Source: an uncultured delta proteobacterium
Lineage (GTDB): Bacteria; Desulfobacterota; RBG-13-43-22
Reading direction: 5' to 3'
Assembly (NCBI GenBank): GCA_963821645.1
Contig: CAWGEQ010000051.1
Span: 17,282-81,281, forward strand
Length of the DNA stretch: 64,000 nt
Shown: positions 27,215 to 36,038 of the stretch, one piece after another
Position numbering within the stretch: the stretch's first letter is position 1
Layout of the letters: every line of letters starts with the position of its first letter
Notes under the pieces: model-generated
The model's database searches: none
The model's input: the letters and a program-made list of their open reading frames with translations, nothing else
Told to the model about the DNA's origin: nothing
Program-made: the position numbers and the translations under genes

Positions 27215-27622
27215 CTACTGTAGAGTCCAGACAAGATCGGTATTAGATGTCGCCGAAGTAATGGTGGTATTAGTGGTGGTACGTTGTCGTAGTGTGTTCG
27301 TACTGGTTACCCCGAAAGATCCCCCTCGGGATGATGTTAAAATAATCGAGGCGTCGGTTCGCCTCCCCTGACTATCCGTGACTATTACAGTAATCGGGGT
27401 GGTTCCAACACCAAAGGCGATCTGGCTATTTCCTGCCAGCACGGTAACCTGGGCCGCAGTGCCGCCGGAACCCCCAAAGCCCGTTGTTGTCCCGCTGGTT
27501 ATGCTGTCTTTATTGTTGACGTCCGAAGAATTGCACCCCATTAAACCAAAAAGTGCAACAACCATTAATAAAAAAAGGGAAATAAAAGAAAATGATTTAT
27601 TAGGCATGGGGCTTATTCCCAA
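27215..27622 (-). CDS. Putative lipoprotein with a Thr-rich, Ig-like (Big_1-like) repeat
   Basis: The signal peptide ends in LFGLMGC, a lipobox-like motif. AAQVTVLAGNSQIAFGVGTTPITVIVTDSQG follows. The frame stays open for 60 more codons after the TAG at 27215-27217. Confidence 0.55.
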   Translation of the reverse strand: MGISPMPNKSFSFISLFLLMVVALFGLMGCNSSDVNNKDSITSGTTTGFGGSGGTAAQVTVLAGNSQIAFGVGTTPITVIVTDSQGRRTDASIILTSSRGGSFGVTSTNTLRQRTTTNTTITSATSNTDLVWTLQ

Positions 27623-28044
27623 CTGAGGACATCCTTATCTTCCCCTTCTCCCCCTGATTTGTTATCACGGCCCAGGGAATAGAGATCATATTCTCCGTGG
27701 GTCCCGGGGCTTTGATAATTGTAGGGATTCCCCCAGGGGTCAAGGGGGACATTTTTCTTCAGATAGGGGCCTTCCCATTTATCCCCGCCCGGATTGGTCA
27801 TCAAGGCGTTCAACCCTTCCGTAGTAGAAGGATAAGAGCCGACATCCAATTTATACTGGTCCAAGGCCTGTCCCAATAATTCAATTTGGGCCTTGGCCGC
27901 TGCTTGCTTTCCTTTGCCCAATTTAGGGAAAAGCCGGGGGGCGACCAATGCGGCCAGCAAGCCGATAATGACCATGACCACCAGAAGTTCTATCAGGGTG
28001 AATCCATAACGATTGGATATAGATTTTTTCCCTTTAATTTCCAT
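27613..28044 (-). CDS. gspG: Type II secretion major pseudopilin GspG
   Basis: The prepilin motif is NRYGFTLIELLVVMVIIGLLAAL. It also has QIELLGQALDQYKLD..GSYPST, EGPYL and DPWGNPY. Confidence 0.9.
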   Translation of the reverse strand: MEIKGKKSISNRYGFTLIELLVVMVIIGLLAALVAPRLFPKLGKGKQAAAKAQIELLGQALDQYKLDVGSYPSTTEGLNALMTNPGGDKWEGPYLKKNVPLDPWGNPYNYQSPGTHGEYDLYSLGRDNKSGGEGEDKDVLSWE

Positions 28045-28085
28045 CTGCCTTTATGCGGGGGCCTCCCTCTTTTATATTAAAAGAA

Positions 28086-28114
28086 ATATTAGAAAATACT
28101 ATGATCATAGTCAA
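28086..28114 (-). promoter_or_regulatory. Candidate sigma70 promoter of gspG (TTGACT-N17-TAATAT) with an overlapping 14-bp perfect palindrome
   Basis: -35 at 28109-28114 and -10 at 28086-28091. The palindrome ACTATGATCATAGT at 28098-28111 lies in the spacer. Confidence 0.45.
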
Positions 28115-28415
28115 CTAAAATTTTAACTCATTCTTTAATTTTAACTAATTCTTTTTCCCCTCGAGAACCTCTGCCGAAAGGGTCTTTTTCCTAATTGAAC
28201 CTATTTTTTGACGATCTCCCCACTCACCAACGTTTAGGTCTATAATATTCTTCCTTTAAATTTGCTTAGACCCACCCCAAAAGCCCTTTCCCTGGTTCTG
28301 TAAAATTTCATTATATACTATTTTTGCTTTAAAATTTTTTATTGTTTAATTTCAAATCTTATGTAATTATATTCCGTCGTTCGTGACGGCTGAAAATGAT
28401 GGGCTCCGGAGGAAA

Positions 28416-30422
28416 ATGTCTTTGCTGACACAAGGAAACAGACTTTCCCGAATATTTATTTTGTTTTTAATTGTTTTATGGTCATTCGGGGCTTCAGAGA
28501 TACTGGCGCAACCTCCGTCAACGGGCTCAACGCCTTCGCAGGTCCCAATGCCTTCCGCGGATCAAACGCATTCACCGGCCTCCGCGCCGGCCCAAGGCCC
28601 TGCCATTTCCCCGGTGGTCCCCTCAACACAAAATCCTCCGGGCCAACCCCAACCGGTAACTCAGCCTCCTGCCGGACAAGTTACTGCCCCTCCGGCAGAA
28701 TCTGGTAGAGTCCAACAACCCATCAGAGGCCGCTCCCTTACTGCCGGAAGGCAGATGCTGACGAAAGGAGGCGAAATTAGTTTTAATTTTGACGACGCCG
28801 ATGTCTATTCGGTCATCCAGACTATTTTCGGGGGGGTCCTCCAATATAATTATATCATCGACCCGAAAGTGAAAGGACGGGTGAACTTTAGATCCGTCTC
28901 CCCGGTAGCCAAGGAAGACGTCCTGTCTTTGATGGAGGTTATTTTACGGTTGAATGGGATAGGGGTAGTTGAAGAAGGGGGGCTATACCGCATCATCCCA
29001 ATTGCCGATATGCCCCGAGAGCCGGCCCCGGTAAAGATCGGGCGCGACGCGGATAAAGTGACCTTACATGGCCTGGGTTTGCTTCAAGTCGTTCCCATGA
29101 AGTTTATCTCTTCCACGGAAATGGTTAAGGTATTAACTCCCTTCCTTTCCACCAACGCCGTGATAGTGGATGTGCCTAAAATAAACTATCTTATCCTGAT
29201 AGATACGGATGCCAATGTAAAACGGTTATTGCACTTGGTGGAGATATTCGATAGCGAACAGCTTAAGCAGATAAAACCCCAGGTCTTTGTCTATCCCGTT
29301 CAAAACGCCAAAGCCAAGGACCTAGCCGGTTTGTTGCAACAAATTTACCTTGGGGCAAACGCGCCGCCAAAAACATCTACCACGACCACAACGACCAAGC
29401 CAGGAACCCCTCCCGGAGCGCCGCCTTCCCCTCCTGGTCCACAAACCCAAACTCGCGTCAGTTCCGCTTCGGCAGGGGAAGCCCTGGTTTCCGATGTAAC
29501 CAAAATTTTTCCCGATGAAATCACCAATTCCCTGGTCATTCTGGCCACGCCGGAAGACTACTCCCTTATTTTACAAACCTTAAAGAAGATTGATCAGGTG
29601 CCGAGACAGGTGATGATCGAGGTACTTATTGCCGAGATAACTTTAAGCGATGAGTTAAAGTTCGGATTAGAGTGGGCCTTGAGAACCAGGGGGGGGGATC
29701 AGAGTTTTCTTAGTTTTACCGGAAGTTTTATCCCTACGGCGAGCAGCACAACATCGACAACCACTACACAGGCGCCGGGATTCTCATTCTTGGGACTTGA
29801 TAAAACCGGGCTCATAAGAGGATTTTTGCAGACCCTGGCTACCCAGGGTAAAACCAACGTCCTGGCCTCCCCCCACATCATGGCCGCCGATAACCGCGAG
29901 GCCAAGATCCAGATTGGAAGTCAGGTCCCGATCGTTACCGACGTGCTGAGCACTACGGTAACCACTCAAACCGTGCAATATAAAGATACCGGTGTGATCC
30001 TTAAAATAAAACCCACCATTAATGAAAGCGGCCTGGTCTCCATGGAAATCAGCCAGGAGGTTTCAGATTTTGTCTTCCAGGCAATCGGCACGAACACCTT
30101 CCCGGTATTTACCAAAAGAGAGGCCTCGACCTTCATGGTAGCCCAGGATGGACAGACCGTTGTCATTGGAGGACTGATCCAAAATAAGATCGGAAAGACC
30201 AGATCAGGGCTCCCCTTTCTGAGTAAGATTCCCATACTCGGCTATCTTTTCGGCTATACCGATAACACCTTCGACCGAACAGAAATTATATTATTACTCA
30301 CACCAAGAGTCGTTAGGGATCAACAAGGGGCCGAAAAAATGACCGATATGTACATCCACCGGCTGGATAGCAGTTTTGAGGGTCAGATTAAAAGCAAAAA
30401 AATAACCATCCCGAAAGAATAA
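28416..30422 (+). CDS. gspD: Type II secretion secretin GspD, with a Pro-rich N-terminal extension and Thr/Pro linkers
   Basis: It has a signal peptide (MSLLTQGNRLSRIFILFLIVLWSFGASEILAQ), N-domains and a secretin core (VLASPHIMAADNREAKIQIG...GGLI...LPFLSKIPILGYLFG). The ORF track starts at GTG 28383. Confidence 0.9.
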   Translation: MSLLTQGNRLSRIFILFLIVLWSFGASEILAQPPSTGSTPSQVPMPSADQTHSPASAPAQGPAISPVVPSTQNPPGQPQPVTQPPAGQVTAPPAESGRVQQPIRGRSLTAGRQMLTKGGEISFNFDDADVYSVIQTIFGGVLQYNYIIDPKVKGRVNFRSVSPVAKEDVLSLMEVILRLNGIGVVEEGGLYRIIPIADMPREPAPVKIGRDADKVTLHGLGLLQVVPMKFISSTEMVKVLTPFLSTNAVIVDVPKINYLILIDTDANVKRLLHLVEIFDSEQLKQIKPQVFVYPVQNAKAKDLAGLLQQIYLGANAPPKTSTTTTTTKPGTPPGAPPSPPGPQTQTRVSSASAGEALVSDVTKIFPDEITNSLVILATPEDYSLILQTLKKIDQVPRQVMIEVLIAEITLSDELKFGLEWALRTRGGDQSFLSFTGSFIPTASSTTSTTTTQAPGFSFLGLDKTGLIRGFLQTLATQGKTNVLASPHIMAADNREAKIQIGSQVPIVTDVLSTTVTTQTVQYKDTGVILKIKPTINESGLVSMEISQEVSDFVFQAIGTNTFPVFTKREASTFMVAQDGQTVVIGGLIQNKIGKTRSGLPFLSKIPILGYLFGYTDNTFDRTEIILLLTPRVVRDQQGAEKMTDMYIHRLDSSFEGQIKSKKITIPKE

Positions 30423-30495
30423 GGGGCTTCCCCCTCAACTCAGGCCGGGGTTTATTCGCCCCCGGACTAATCTATTATTTGAAGAAGTTCGCTCG

Positions 30496-31360
30496 TTATC
30501 CCAGTTCAATAGCATACTCAACTTTTAGGCCATTAGGGACTCTACCTTTGAGGCATGAGCGACTGATAACTTTGCTCCCGTCTTGGAATGACGGCCGGCA
30601 GAGGACGTCGCCGGGGATGAAATCCCGCCGGGCGCGGAAGACTGCGGGGAAGGTCCAACCCGTGTCGGGAAAACGGGCGGAGCCCCCGGCATTACCCTGG
30701 CGGGAGAAGCGCCCCCATGGGGGCAGCGGGCGGTCGGGGCTGGCCCGCGTGGGAAAGACGGGCATACCGGGTGCCTGAGGCTGGGGACCTGGTGTTGTCT
30801 GGAGGGTTTCCCTTTTCTTTGGGGATCCGGGGTTTTCCAAGGGAACTTGAATGGTTTCTTCTCCCCGGGCCATGACTACCTTGTCTTTCGTAATCTCCTT
30901 CAGCGTGAAACCCGCTCAGCATTTCTCCTTTTTTTAAGGTAGTCTGTCGATTTCCCCTTCCGGGAGTCGTGACCGGGGCCTTTTTGTCTTCCATATAGGC
31001 TATACTCAGATTAGGGGCGATCAGTGTTCCGAAAAGAACGAATTCCGGCTTGGGAAGAACGGCTTCCGCTTTTTTTTCAGGAGGGATCCTTCTTTCCGGA
31101 TGGAAGAGATTTTCATCGGCCACCACCACATAGTCCATGGGAGAAGGGTTCTGTGCCTTTGGCGGCTCGTTTTGAGTTTTCTCGACCGGTTTCTTTTTCA
31201 AGGAGGGGAGCACAATGGCCAGATTAGAATCGCGTTGGGGGAGTAGAAAACTAATGGTAAAGACCAGGGCGGCGGCGACCAAGAGACAATTCAGCAAATT
31301 AAAATTTATTAGGACCCGCCTGAACTCCAATTTATTTACCTCCATAGAGGGCGGAAACAT
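30496..31360 (-). pseudogene. GspC/PilP-like inner-membrane T2SS component with an apparent +1 frameshift near 30905-30910
   Basis: One frame gives a TM segment plus ...PEFVLFGTLI..SIAYMEDKK...TTLKKGEMLSGF. A second frame continues TLKEITKDKVVMARGEETIQVPL. The GC-rich tail is low complexity and its true frame is unclear. Confidence 0.4.
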
Positions 31361-31988
31361 CCAATCGTACCATTAAATCTCTCGGCTGTTGAAAATTTCT
31401 GACCCGGCAATCCAACTCTTTAATAACCAGATAAGGGGTCTTGGTCTCGATAAAAAAAACCATATCCCTTAAGGCCCCGGTATCCGGTGCCGTAAAATCA
31501 AAACTCACATTAATAATCTTAAATCGACTTTTCTCCGCGGATTTTTCTTTCTTGGACCTGGGGCCTTTTTGCCCTTTCGGTTCCTCCTTGGTTTGACCGG
31601 GGAGCGCGGGGGCAAGATCTTCTTCCTTCCCAACCCGTTCACTGGAGATGACGCCGCCTCTGCTGGTGATTATGCCTTTGGTCGTTTCCTGGAGAGTGGC
31701 CGCGGCCAAGGAAAAGGAGTCACCTGATATCAATTTTGCCGCATCGGTTTTTCTTTGTTCCCTGAGGGCGGTCAGTTTCTTTTGGAGATCCGGCCCTTCG
31801 GCAATGGCGGTCAGGTATTTTCCCAGGGTTTTGGCCTTTATATTCTGTTCTTCTTTGATGGCCGACAACGATTCCTGAATCCGCACATACCCGTACTGAT
31901 AAATGATCAATCCCAGGAGGATAATCAGGACAGGGATGGCTATGATTAAGATTCTATTTTTTTTCATCTTAAGGATTTTAAGATCCAT
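31332..31988 (-). CDS. gspM: GspM/PilO-like T2SS assembly protein
   Basis: A single N-terminal TM segment, a coiled region and about 218 aa, positioned after the GspL-like gene. The call rests mainly on position and architecture. Confidence 0.5.
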   Translation of the reverse strand: MDLKILKMKKNRILIIAIPVLIILLGLIIYQYGYVRIQESLSAIKEEQNIKAKTLGKYLTAIAEGPDLQKKLTALREQRKTDAAKLISGDSFSLAAATLQETTKGIITSRGGVISSERVGKEEDLAPALPGQTKEEPKGQKGPRSKKEKSAEKSRFKIINVSFDFTAPDTGALRDMVFFIETKTPYLVIKELDCRVRNFQQPRDLMVRLDVSALYGGK

Positions 31989-31990
31989 TT

Positions 31991-33508
31991 TTAAGTTGAA
32001 AGCGATCCATATTTTGCCTTGGGATCTTTAAAAGTTGGGGCGGAAAATTCCACCTTCTTAAAAAATTTAGAACCTTCCAGCTTGGGAATCAACATCGTCG
32101 CTGAAGGGGCATATCCTTCAATATTGACCTGGGCTTCAAAAATCCTCAGCCTGGTCAGCCAGGCATTCTTCGGTAACAGCAAAGTGAGCTCTTTCAGAAT
32201 ATTCAAATCCAGAGGTTTTATCTGCTTGAAGTCGTTAATAAGATTAATCTCGCCGGAAACCGCTTCGATTTCTTTTTTCAGATTATCCACTTTTTTTATT
32301 TCACCCTTTTTTAAGACAATCTGTTTTTCTAAATTATGGAGCCTTTGCGTTTCTATTTCAACCGGAGTTGTCCAATAAATCCCCACCAGGACCCCCAGGG
32401 TCAAGAGCAGCAGGAGCGTAATCACCCAGGGGGGCTTTGACTTTCGGTGAAGGCCCTTTAGCAATAAATTCAGATCCCAGGACTTAGCCCACAAAGATTC
32501 CAGGATCCCCCCGACAGCGGCATAGGGAATCTGTTTTCGTCCCTTCCCAAAGGTCCCGAACCGGAAATCCGTCTCATCCAGAAAATGGACCGTATGTCTC
32601 ATCTGGATCTTAATCGATTCCTTTAGGGTCGGGGTATTATCCTTCAAGTAAAAAATGATCCCACCCGGCAGCGCCTTTTGGTCTAAAAAGGGGAGCTGCG
32701 ATTCTATTGCCTCTTCGATCTGTTCGACCTTTGTTTTCTTAGAAGCCTCTCCGAAAAAACCGGAAAAGACCTTCAAGTCGGTAGCAGAAAAGAGTAAGGC
32801 CCCTTCATACTGATCTTTATCGATCTCCATAAAAAGGGCCTGGTTCGAATTCCGGTTGTATTGACAAAGGAGGCTTAAACCCAGGAGGTTGATGGTTATT
32901 CCTTCTACTTTGAACCCTTTTTCCCGGAGGGCCTTTAGATAAGGGTCGATCAAGTCCGCCCTGGCGGCCGCCACCTGGATAAAGACCCTGCCGGCCTCTT
33001 CCTTCAAAACCTTAAAATCATAATAGGCCTTATCCGGAGTAAAGGGGGTTATTTTATCCAATTCATAAGTCATGACCTCGGCCACATTCTCTAAAACCGT
33101 GGACGGGTAGTCCACCGTTTTGATAACCGTCCAGGCCTTGGGAATGCTCAAAGTAACGGGACATTTTTCCGCCCCCAGCTCGGCCTCGGCCAGGGCCAGC
33201 GAAGAGGTCAAGAAATTGGGCGGCGGGTAATCCCCTTCTGCCGAAGGATATTTTTTAAATCCGATGATCTTTATCCGGGAAAGGAAACGGGAACCAAGGG
33301 CTGCCTGGATTTCCCCTTTTTCAATGGACAGACACAAAGATTTCTTATAGGAAAGGCGGTCATCGGCGGGACTCAAGAAAAACCAATCGGCGATGGAAGT
33401 CCCGATTTTCTGCCAAGCCGCCCAGTCAGGGCTGAATTTCCTGAGAGTAATTTGAAGTTGTTCCATTTGAAATAAAATTTTACCATCCCTCCCGGCAGTT
33501 GTCAACAT
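31991..33508 (-). CDS. gspL: GspL-like protein (PilM-like cytoplasmic domain, TM segment, PilN-like periplasmic domain)
   Basis: The central TM segment is PPWVITLLLLLTLGVLVGIYW. The C-terminus (LNILKELTLLLPKNAWLTRLRIFEAQVNIEGYA) is PilN/GspL-like. It is positioned after gspK. Confidence 0.6.
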   Translation of the reverse strand: MLTTAGRDGKILFQMEQLQITLRKFSPDWAAWQKIGTSIADWFFLSPADDRLSYKKSLCLSIEKGEIQAALGSRFLSRIKIIGFKKYPSAEGDYPPPNFLTSSLALAEAELGAEKCPVTLSIPKAWTVIKTVDYPSTVLENVAEVMTYELDKITPFTPDKAYYDFKVLKEEAGRVFIQVAAARADLIDPYLKALREKGFKVEGITINLLGLSLLCQYNRNSNQALFMEIDKDQYEGALLFSATDLKVFSGFFGEASKKTKVEQIEEAIESQLPFLDQKALPGGIIFYLKDNTPTLKESIKIQMRHTVHFLDETDFRFGTFGKGRKQIPYAAVGGILESLWAKSWDLNLLLKGLHRKSKPPWVITLLLLLTLGVLVGIYWTTPVEIETQRLHNLEKQIVLKKGEIKKVDNLKKEIEAVSGEINLINDFKQIKPLDLNILKELTLLLPKNAWLTRLRIFEAQVNIEGYAPSATMLIPKLEGSKFFKKVEFSAPTFKDPKAKYGSLST

Positions 33509-33572
33509 TCAACCGCTAACAGCACTGAAAGGGGATCTACTACAAGCAGCAGATAATAAATTACTTTCACCA

Positions 33573-33625
33573 AAGAGACGCAGGGGGGGCGCAAAGGAAG
33601 ATATTCTCCGTGTTCTCTGAGTCTC
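33573..33625. repeat. Imperfect hairpin of related style (GAGACGC AGGGGGG GCGCAAA GGAAGAT / ATTCTCC GTGTTCT CTGAGTC)
   Basis: Read directly in the 195-nt gspK-gspL spacer. It is a weaker match to the heptamer family than the other copies. Confidence 0.45.
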
Positions 33626-33703
33626 GAACGAGTCCACCCAAGCGGACGAGAGGGCGGGACTATGGAAGGCAGCTAAAGGGAAGAAGGCATCTATGAATTT
33701 GTC

Positions 33704-34657
33704 TCATTCCGGTTTTAAAATGACCGGGGTTTTATAATATAAAATTTTATAGCTATTATTTCCCTGAAGTGTGACCGTGGCCCTGATCCCGGTACCCAGC
33801 CGGAGTTTTTTTCTATACCCAAAAGATTCGATGGTAAAGGTAGTGCTGGGGGCAATGGTCATAAATTGCATGATCTGGGCCGCATTGGTCCCCAAAAGGG
33901 GGGTCAGTTCCTGGATATTCTTAAACTCTTGTTTCTGACGAAACTCGATAATCGCCTCGGCCGCTTCCGTCGACATTCCGGGAACGGTCATCAGGACTTC
34001 TTTGGGGGCGGCATTGGCATTGACCTTATTGGTTTTCCCCTGGACTGTGAGGAAATCGATCAGGCCCTTTTTCTTCCCCGTCCCGTAGAGGAGTTCCCGG
34101 GTTATCCCCTTGACCATAATAAGCTCCTCTATGGAATCAAAATCGGCATTCTTGGCTTTATAGGGATTGGGAAGAGACAAATAGTAGTCCGATTCGGCCC
34201 CGTGAAGACGGGTTAAATCGTCCTTGTCTCGCCAGTCCTGGATGGAATCGACGATCGTTTCCAAATCATCTCCCGTAACACCCAGATTGGTGAGCAGGCT
34301 TCTTAAAAGGGTCACATCCCCGGAATTAAGGTCTATCTTTCCGGTTTCATCATAAATCCGTACGGTATAGGTTCCGTCTCCCAAGGGAATGGAATAAGGG
34401 CTGCCGTCTGTTTTCCAGAGCTCATTGCCTTCCAGCAGGGCAGTAGCCCCGAGGTATTTTTGCCGGTAGAAGAGTTCCATCACCCCCCGCTCGATCCCGG
34501 CTTCGGCCAGAAATCTATTTTCTATGCCTTCCTTAAAGTAAAGGGTGGAATGGGTCTCGGTTCCGGTCAAAAAGGTAAAGGACAAAGCGATGACCATCAG
34601 GATGGTCAAAACCCACAACACAGTAAGGAGGGCGATGCCTTTCTGGTTTTTAATCAT
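33704..34657 (-). CDS. gspK: Type II secretion minor pseudopilin GspK
   Basis: MIKNQKGIALLTVLWVLTILMVIAL at the N-terminus. The C-terminus has an HhH-like NVNANAAPKEVLMTVPGMSTEAAEAIIEFR. Confidence 0.85.
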   Translation of the reverse strand: MIKNQKGIALLTVLWVLTILMVIALSFTFLTGTETHSTLYFKEGIENRFLAEAGIERGVMELFYRQKYLGATALLEGNELWKTDGSPYSIPLGDGTYTVRIYDETGKIDLNSGDVTLLRSLLTNLGVTGDDLETIVDSIQDWRDKDDLTRLHGAESDYYLSLPNPYKAKNADFDSIEELIMVKGITRELLYGTGKKKGLIDFLTVQGKTNKVNANAAPKEVLMTVPGMSTEAAEAIIEFRQKQEFKNIQELTPLLGTNAAQIMQFMTIAPSTTFTIESFGYRKKLRLGTGIRATVTLQGNNSYKILYYKTPVILKPE

Positions 34658-34658
34658 C

Positions 34659-35390
34659 TTATTTTGACTTCTTTGTTACACCCGGAGTAGTTAATGACCA
34701 TCCTGTTTTCATAGGAATGATCAAAGAAAGGGCCTTCCCCTGGGTAGTCCAATGAAGCCGAATCTTTTCCGGTAGGGTGTTGCCTCCGGGCCACTGATCG
34801 ACCCATTCTCCTTTTTCTTCGGTCGGGTCCTTAAAATAATATTCAAAATAAAAATCGTCCAACTGGTCTAATAGCTTTATCTCCCTTTTGATCTCTTGCC
34901 CTACCCTGCTTTCCGAGGCCATAAGGGACCATTTCCCGTTGTCCCCTTCGGCGACACGATAGGAAACGACCGAATAACCGATTTCCCCTTCCCAGATGGA
35001 ATAGTTGGTTGTAACTTCCAGGGAAGTCCGATCTCCCGTAAAATTAAGTTTGGTCTCTCCATTGACTTCCCGGGTCATAGGAATGACCGATTGGATTTGA
35101 GATTCGATCACGGTCAAAGAGGCCCTGACCCTTTCCAGAGAATCTATCTTTTTCCCCCCGGCTTCAACCGACCGAAAGCCAAGTCTCAGAACGCCCATGA
35201 GGATGAGAATCATAATCCCGAGAATGGAAATGGAAATCATGAGTTCCAACAGAGTGAAACCGGCAGAAGGACCTTTGAATATCGAATATCGAACACCGAA
35301 TTTCGAATCACGAAGTAGTTTTTCCCTTAGACATTCGGTATTTGACATTTTATTTTTGCCCTTAAAATAAACCCTCGAATTTCGAATCAT
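34659..35390 (-). CDS. gspJ: Type II secretion minor pseudopilin GspJ (start uncertain; the leader runs through repeat elements)
   Basis: SAGFTLLELMISISILGIMILIL prepilin motif, followed by SLERVRASLTVIESQIQ. The first 43 codons lie in TTCGATA-type repeats. Confidence 0.7.
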   Translation of the reverse strand: MIRNSRVYFKGKNKMSNTECLREKLLRDSKFGVRYSIFKGPSAGFTLLELMISISILGIMILILMGVLRLGFRSVEAGGKKIDSLERVRASLTVIESQIQSVIPMTREVNGETKLNFTGDRTSLEVTTNYSIWEGEIGYSVVSYRVAEGDNGKWSLMASESRVGQEIKREIKLLDQLDDFYFEYYFKDPTEEKGEWVDQWPGGNTLPEKIRLHWTTQGKALSLIIPMKTGWSLTTPGVTKKSK

Positions 35391-35443
35391 GAAGTTGCCA
35401 TCCCCTTCGACATTCAGTATTCGTTATTCGATATTCAACATTC
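35277..35443. repeat. Two adjacent TTCGATA-type heptamer hairpin elements (35277-35348 and 35375-35443)
   Basis: GAATATCGAATATCGAACACCGAATTTCGAATCACGAAG...GACATTCGGTATTTGACATTT and TCGAATTTCGAATCATGAAG...TCGACATTCAGTATTCGTTATTCGATATTCAACATTC. Confidence 0.85.
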
Positions 35444-35461
35444 TCTTTTGATCTTCTTGAT

Positions 35462-35893
35462 CTATACCAGTTTTTGAGCCAACTTCTGCGTCCTCAGTGT
35501 CATCGATCTTTTCTTGAATCCCTTTGTCCAGGATACGGTCACTGCGATTTCGTACATCCTGACCTGAAGTTCTTCCGTCCTGTCCTTCAAGCTTTTTGAA
35601 ATAGAGACCTCAAATTGATAGCCATCATCCGTGACCCCCTTCCAGGTCTTTTCGGCAATTTCATCTTCGGACAAGACTTCCCGCATCTTGGATTGGGCCG
35701 CCAGGGTACCGGCCACATAATCTTCAGAAAGCGAAATGGACCTCAGGTCTATGGAAAAAAGCTGAATCACGGCAACAACGGCTATCCCCAAAAGGGACAA
35801 GGCCACCAGGACCTCCAGGAGGGTAAAACCAGCTTCAAAATAAACCCTTGAATGTCGAATTTCGAACACCGAATCTCGAATCATGAAGTTCAT
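35462..35893 (-). CDS. gspI: Type II secretion minor pseudopilin GspI
   Basis: EAGFTLLEVLVALSLLGIAVVAVIQLF prepilin motif. The protein is about 120 aa after the motif. The leader is encoded by a repeat. Confidence 0.75.
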   Translation of the reverse strand: MNFMIRDSVFEIRHSRVYFEAGFTLLEVLVALSLLGIAVVAVIQLFSIDLRSISLSEDYVAGTLAAQSKMREVLSEDEIAEKTWKGVTDDGYQFEVSISKSLKDRTEELQVRMYEIAVTVSWTKGFKKRSMTLRTQKLAQKLV

Positions 35894-36008
35894 CTTTTCC
35901 CTTCGACATTCGTTATTCGATATTCGATATTCGATATTCGCTTTTTTCCCTCCCTTTTTCGAATCATGCAGTGGTGTCTTTCCTTTCGATATTCGACATT
36001 CGACATTC
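35850..36008. repeat. Two adjacent TTCGATA-type heptamer hairpin elements (35850-35940 and 35958-36008)
   Basis: GAATGTCGAATTTCGAACACCGAATCTCGAATCATGAAG-loop-CTTCGACATTCGTTATTCGATATTCGATATTCGATATTCG. The second copy is shorter. Confidence 0.85.
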
Positions 36009-36038
36009 TATCTTCGTTCTTTCTTCCCCCTGCCCTTT

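Noticed and set aside
27215-27217. In-frame TAG in the lipoprotein gene as pyrrolysine.
   Set aside because: There are no pyl genes or methylamine methyltransferase context in the window. The protein class has no known Pyl members. A nonsense change or error is simpler.
30479-30778. Plus-strand ORF MKKFARYPSS... (99 aa).
   Set aside because: It lies antisense to the GC-rich tail of the GspC-like gene, has an Arg/Gly/Pro composition typical of GC-rich shadow frames, and has no RBS.
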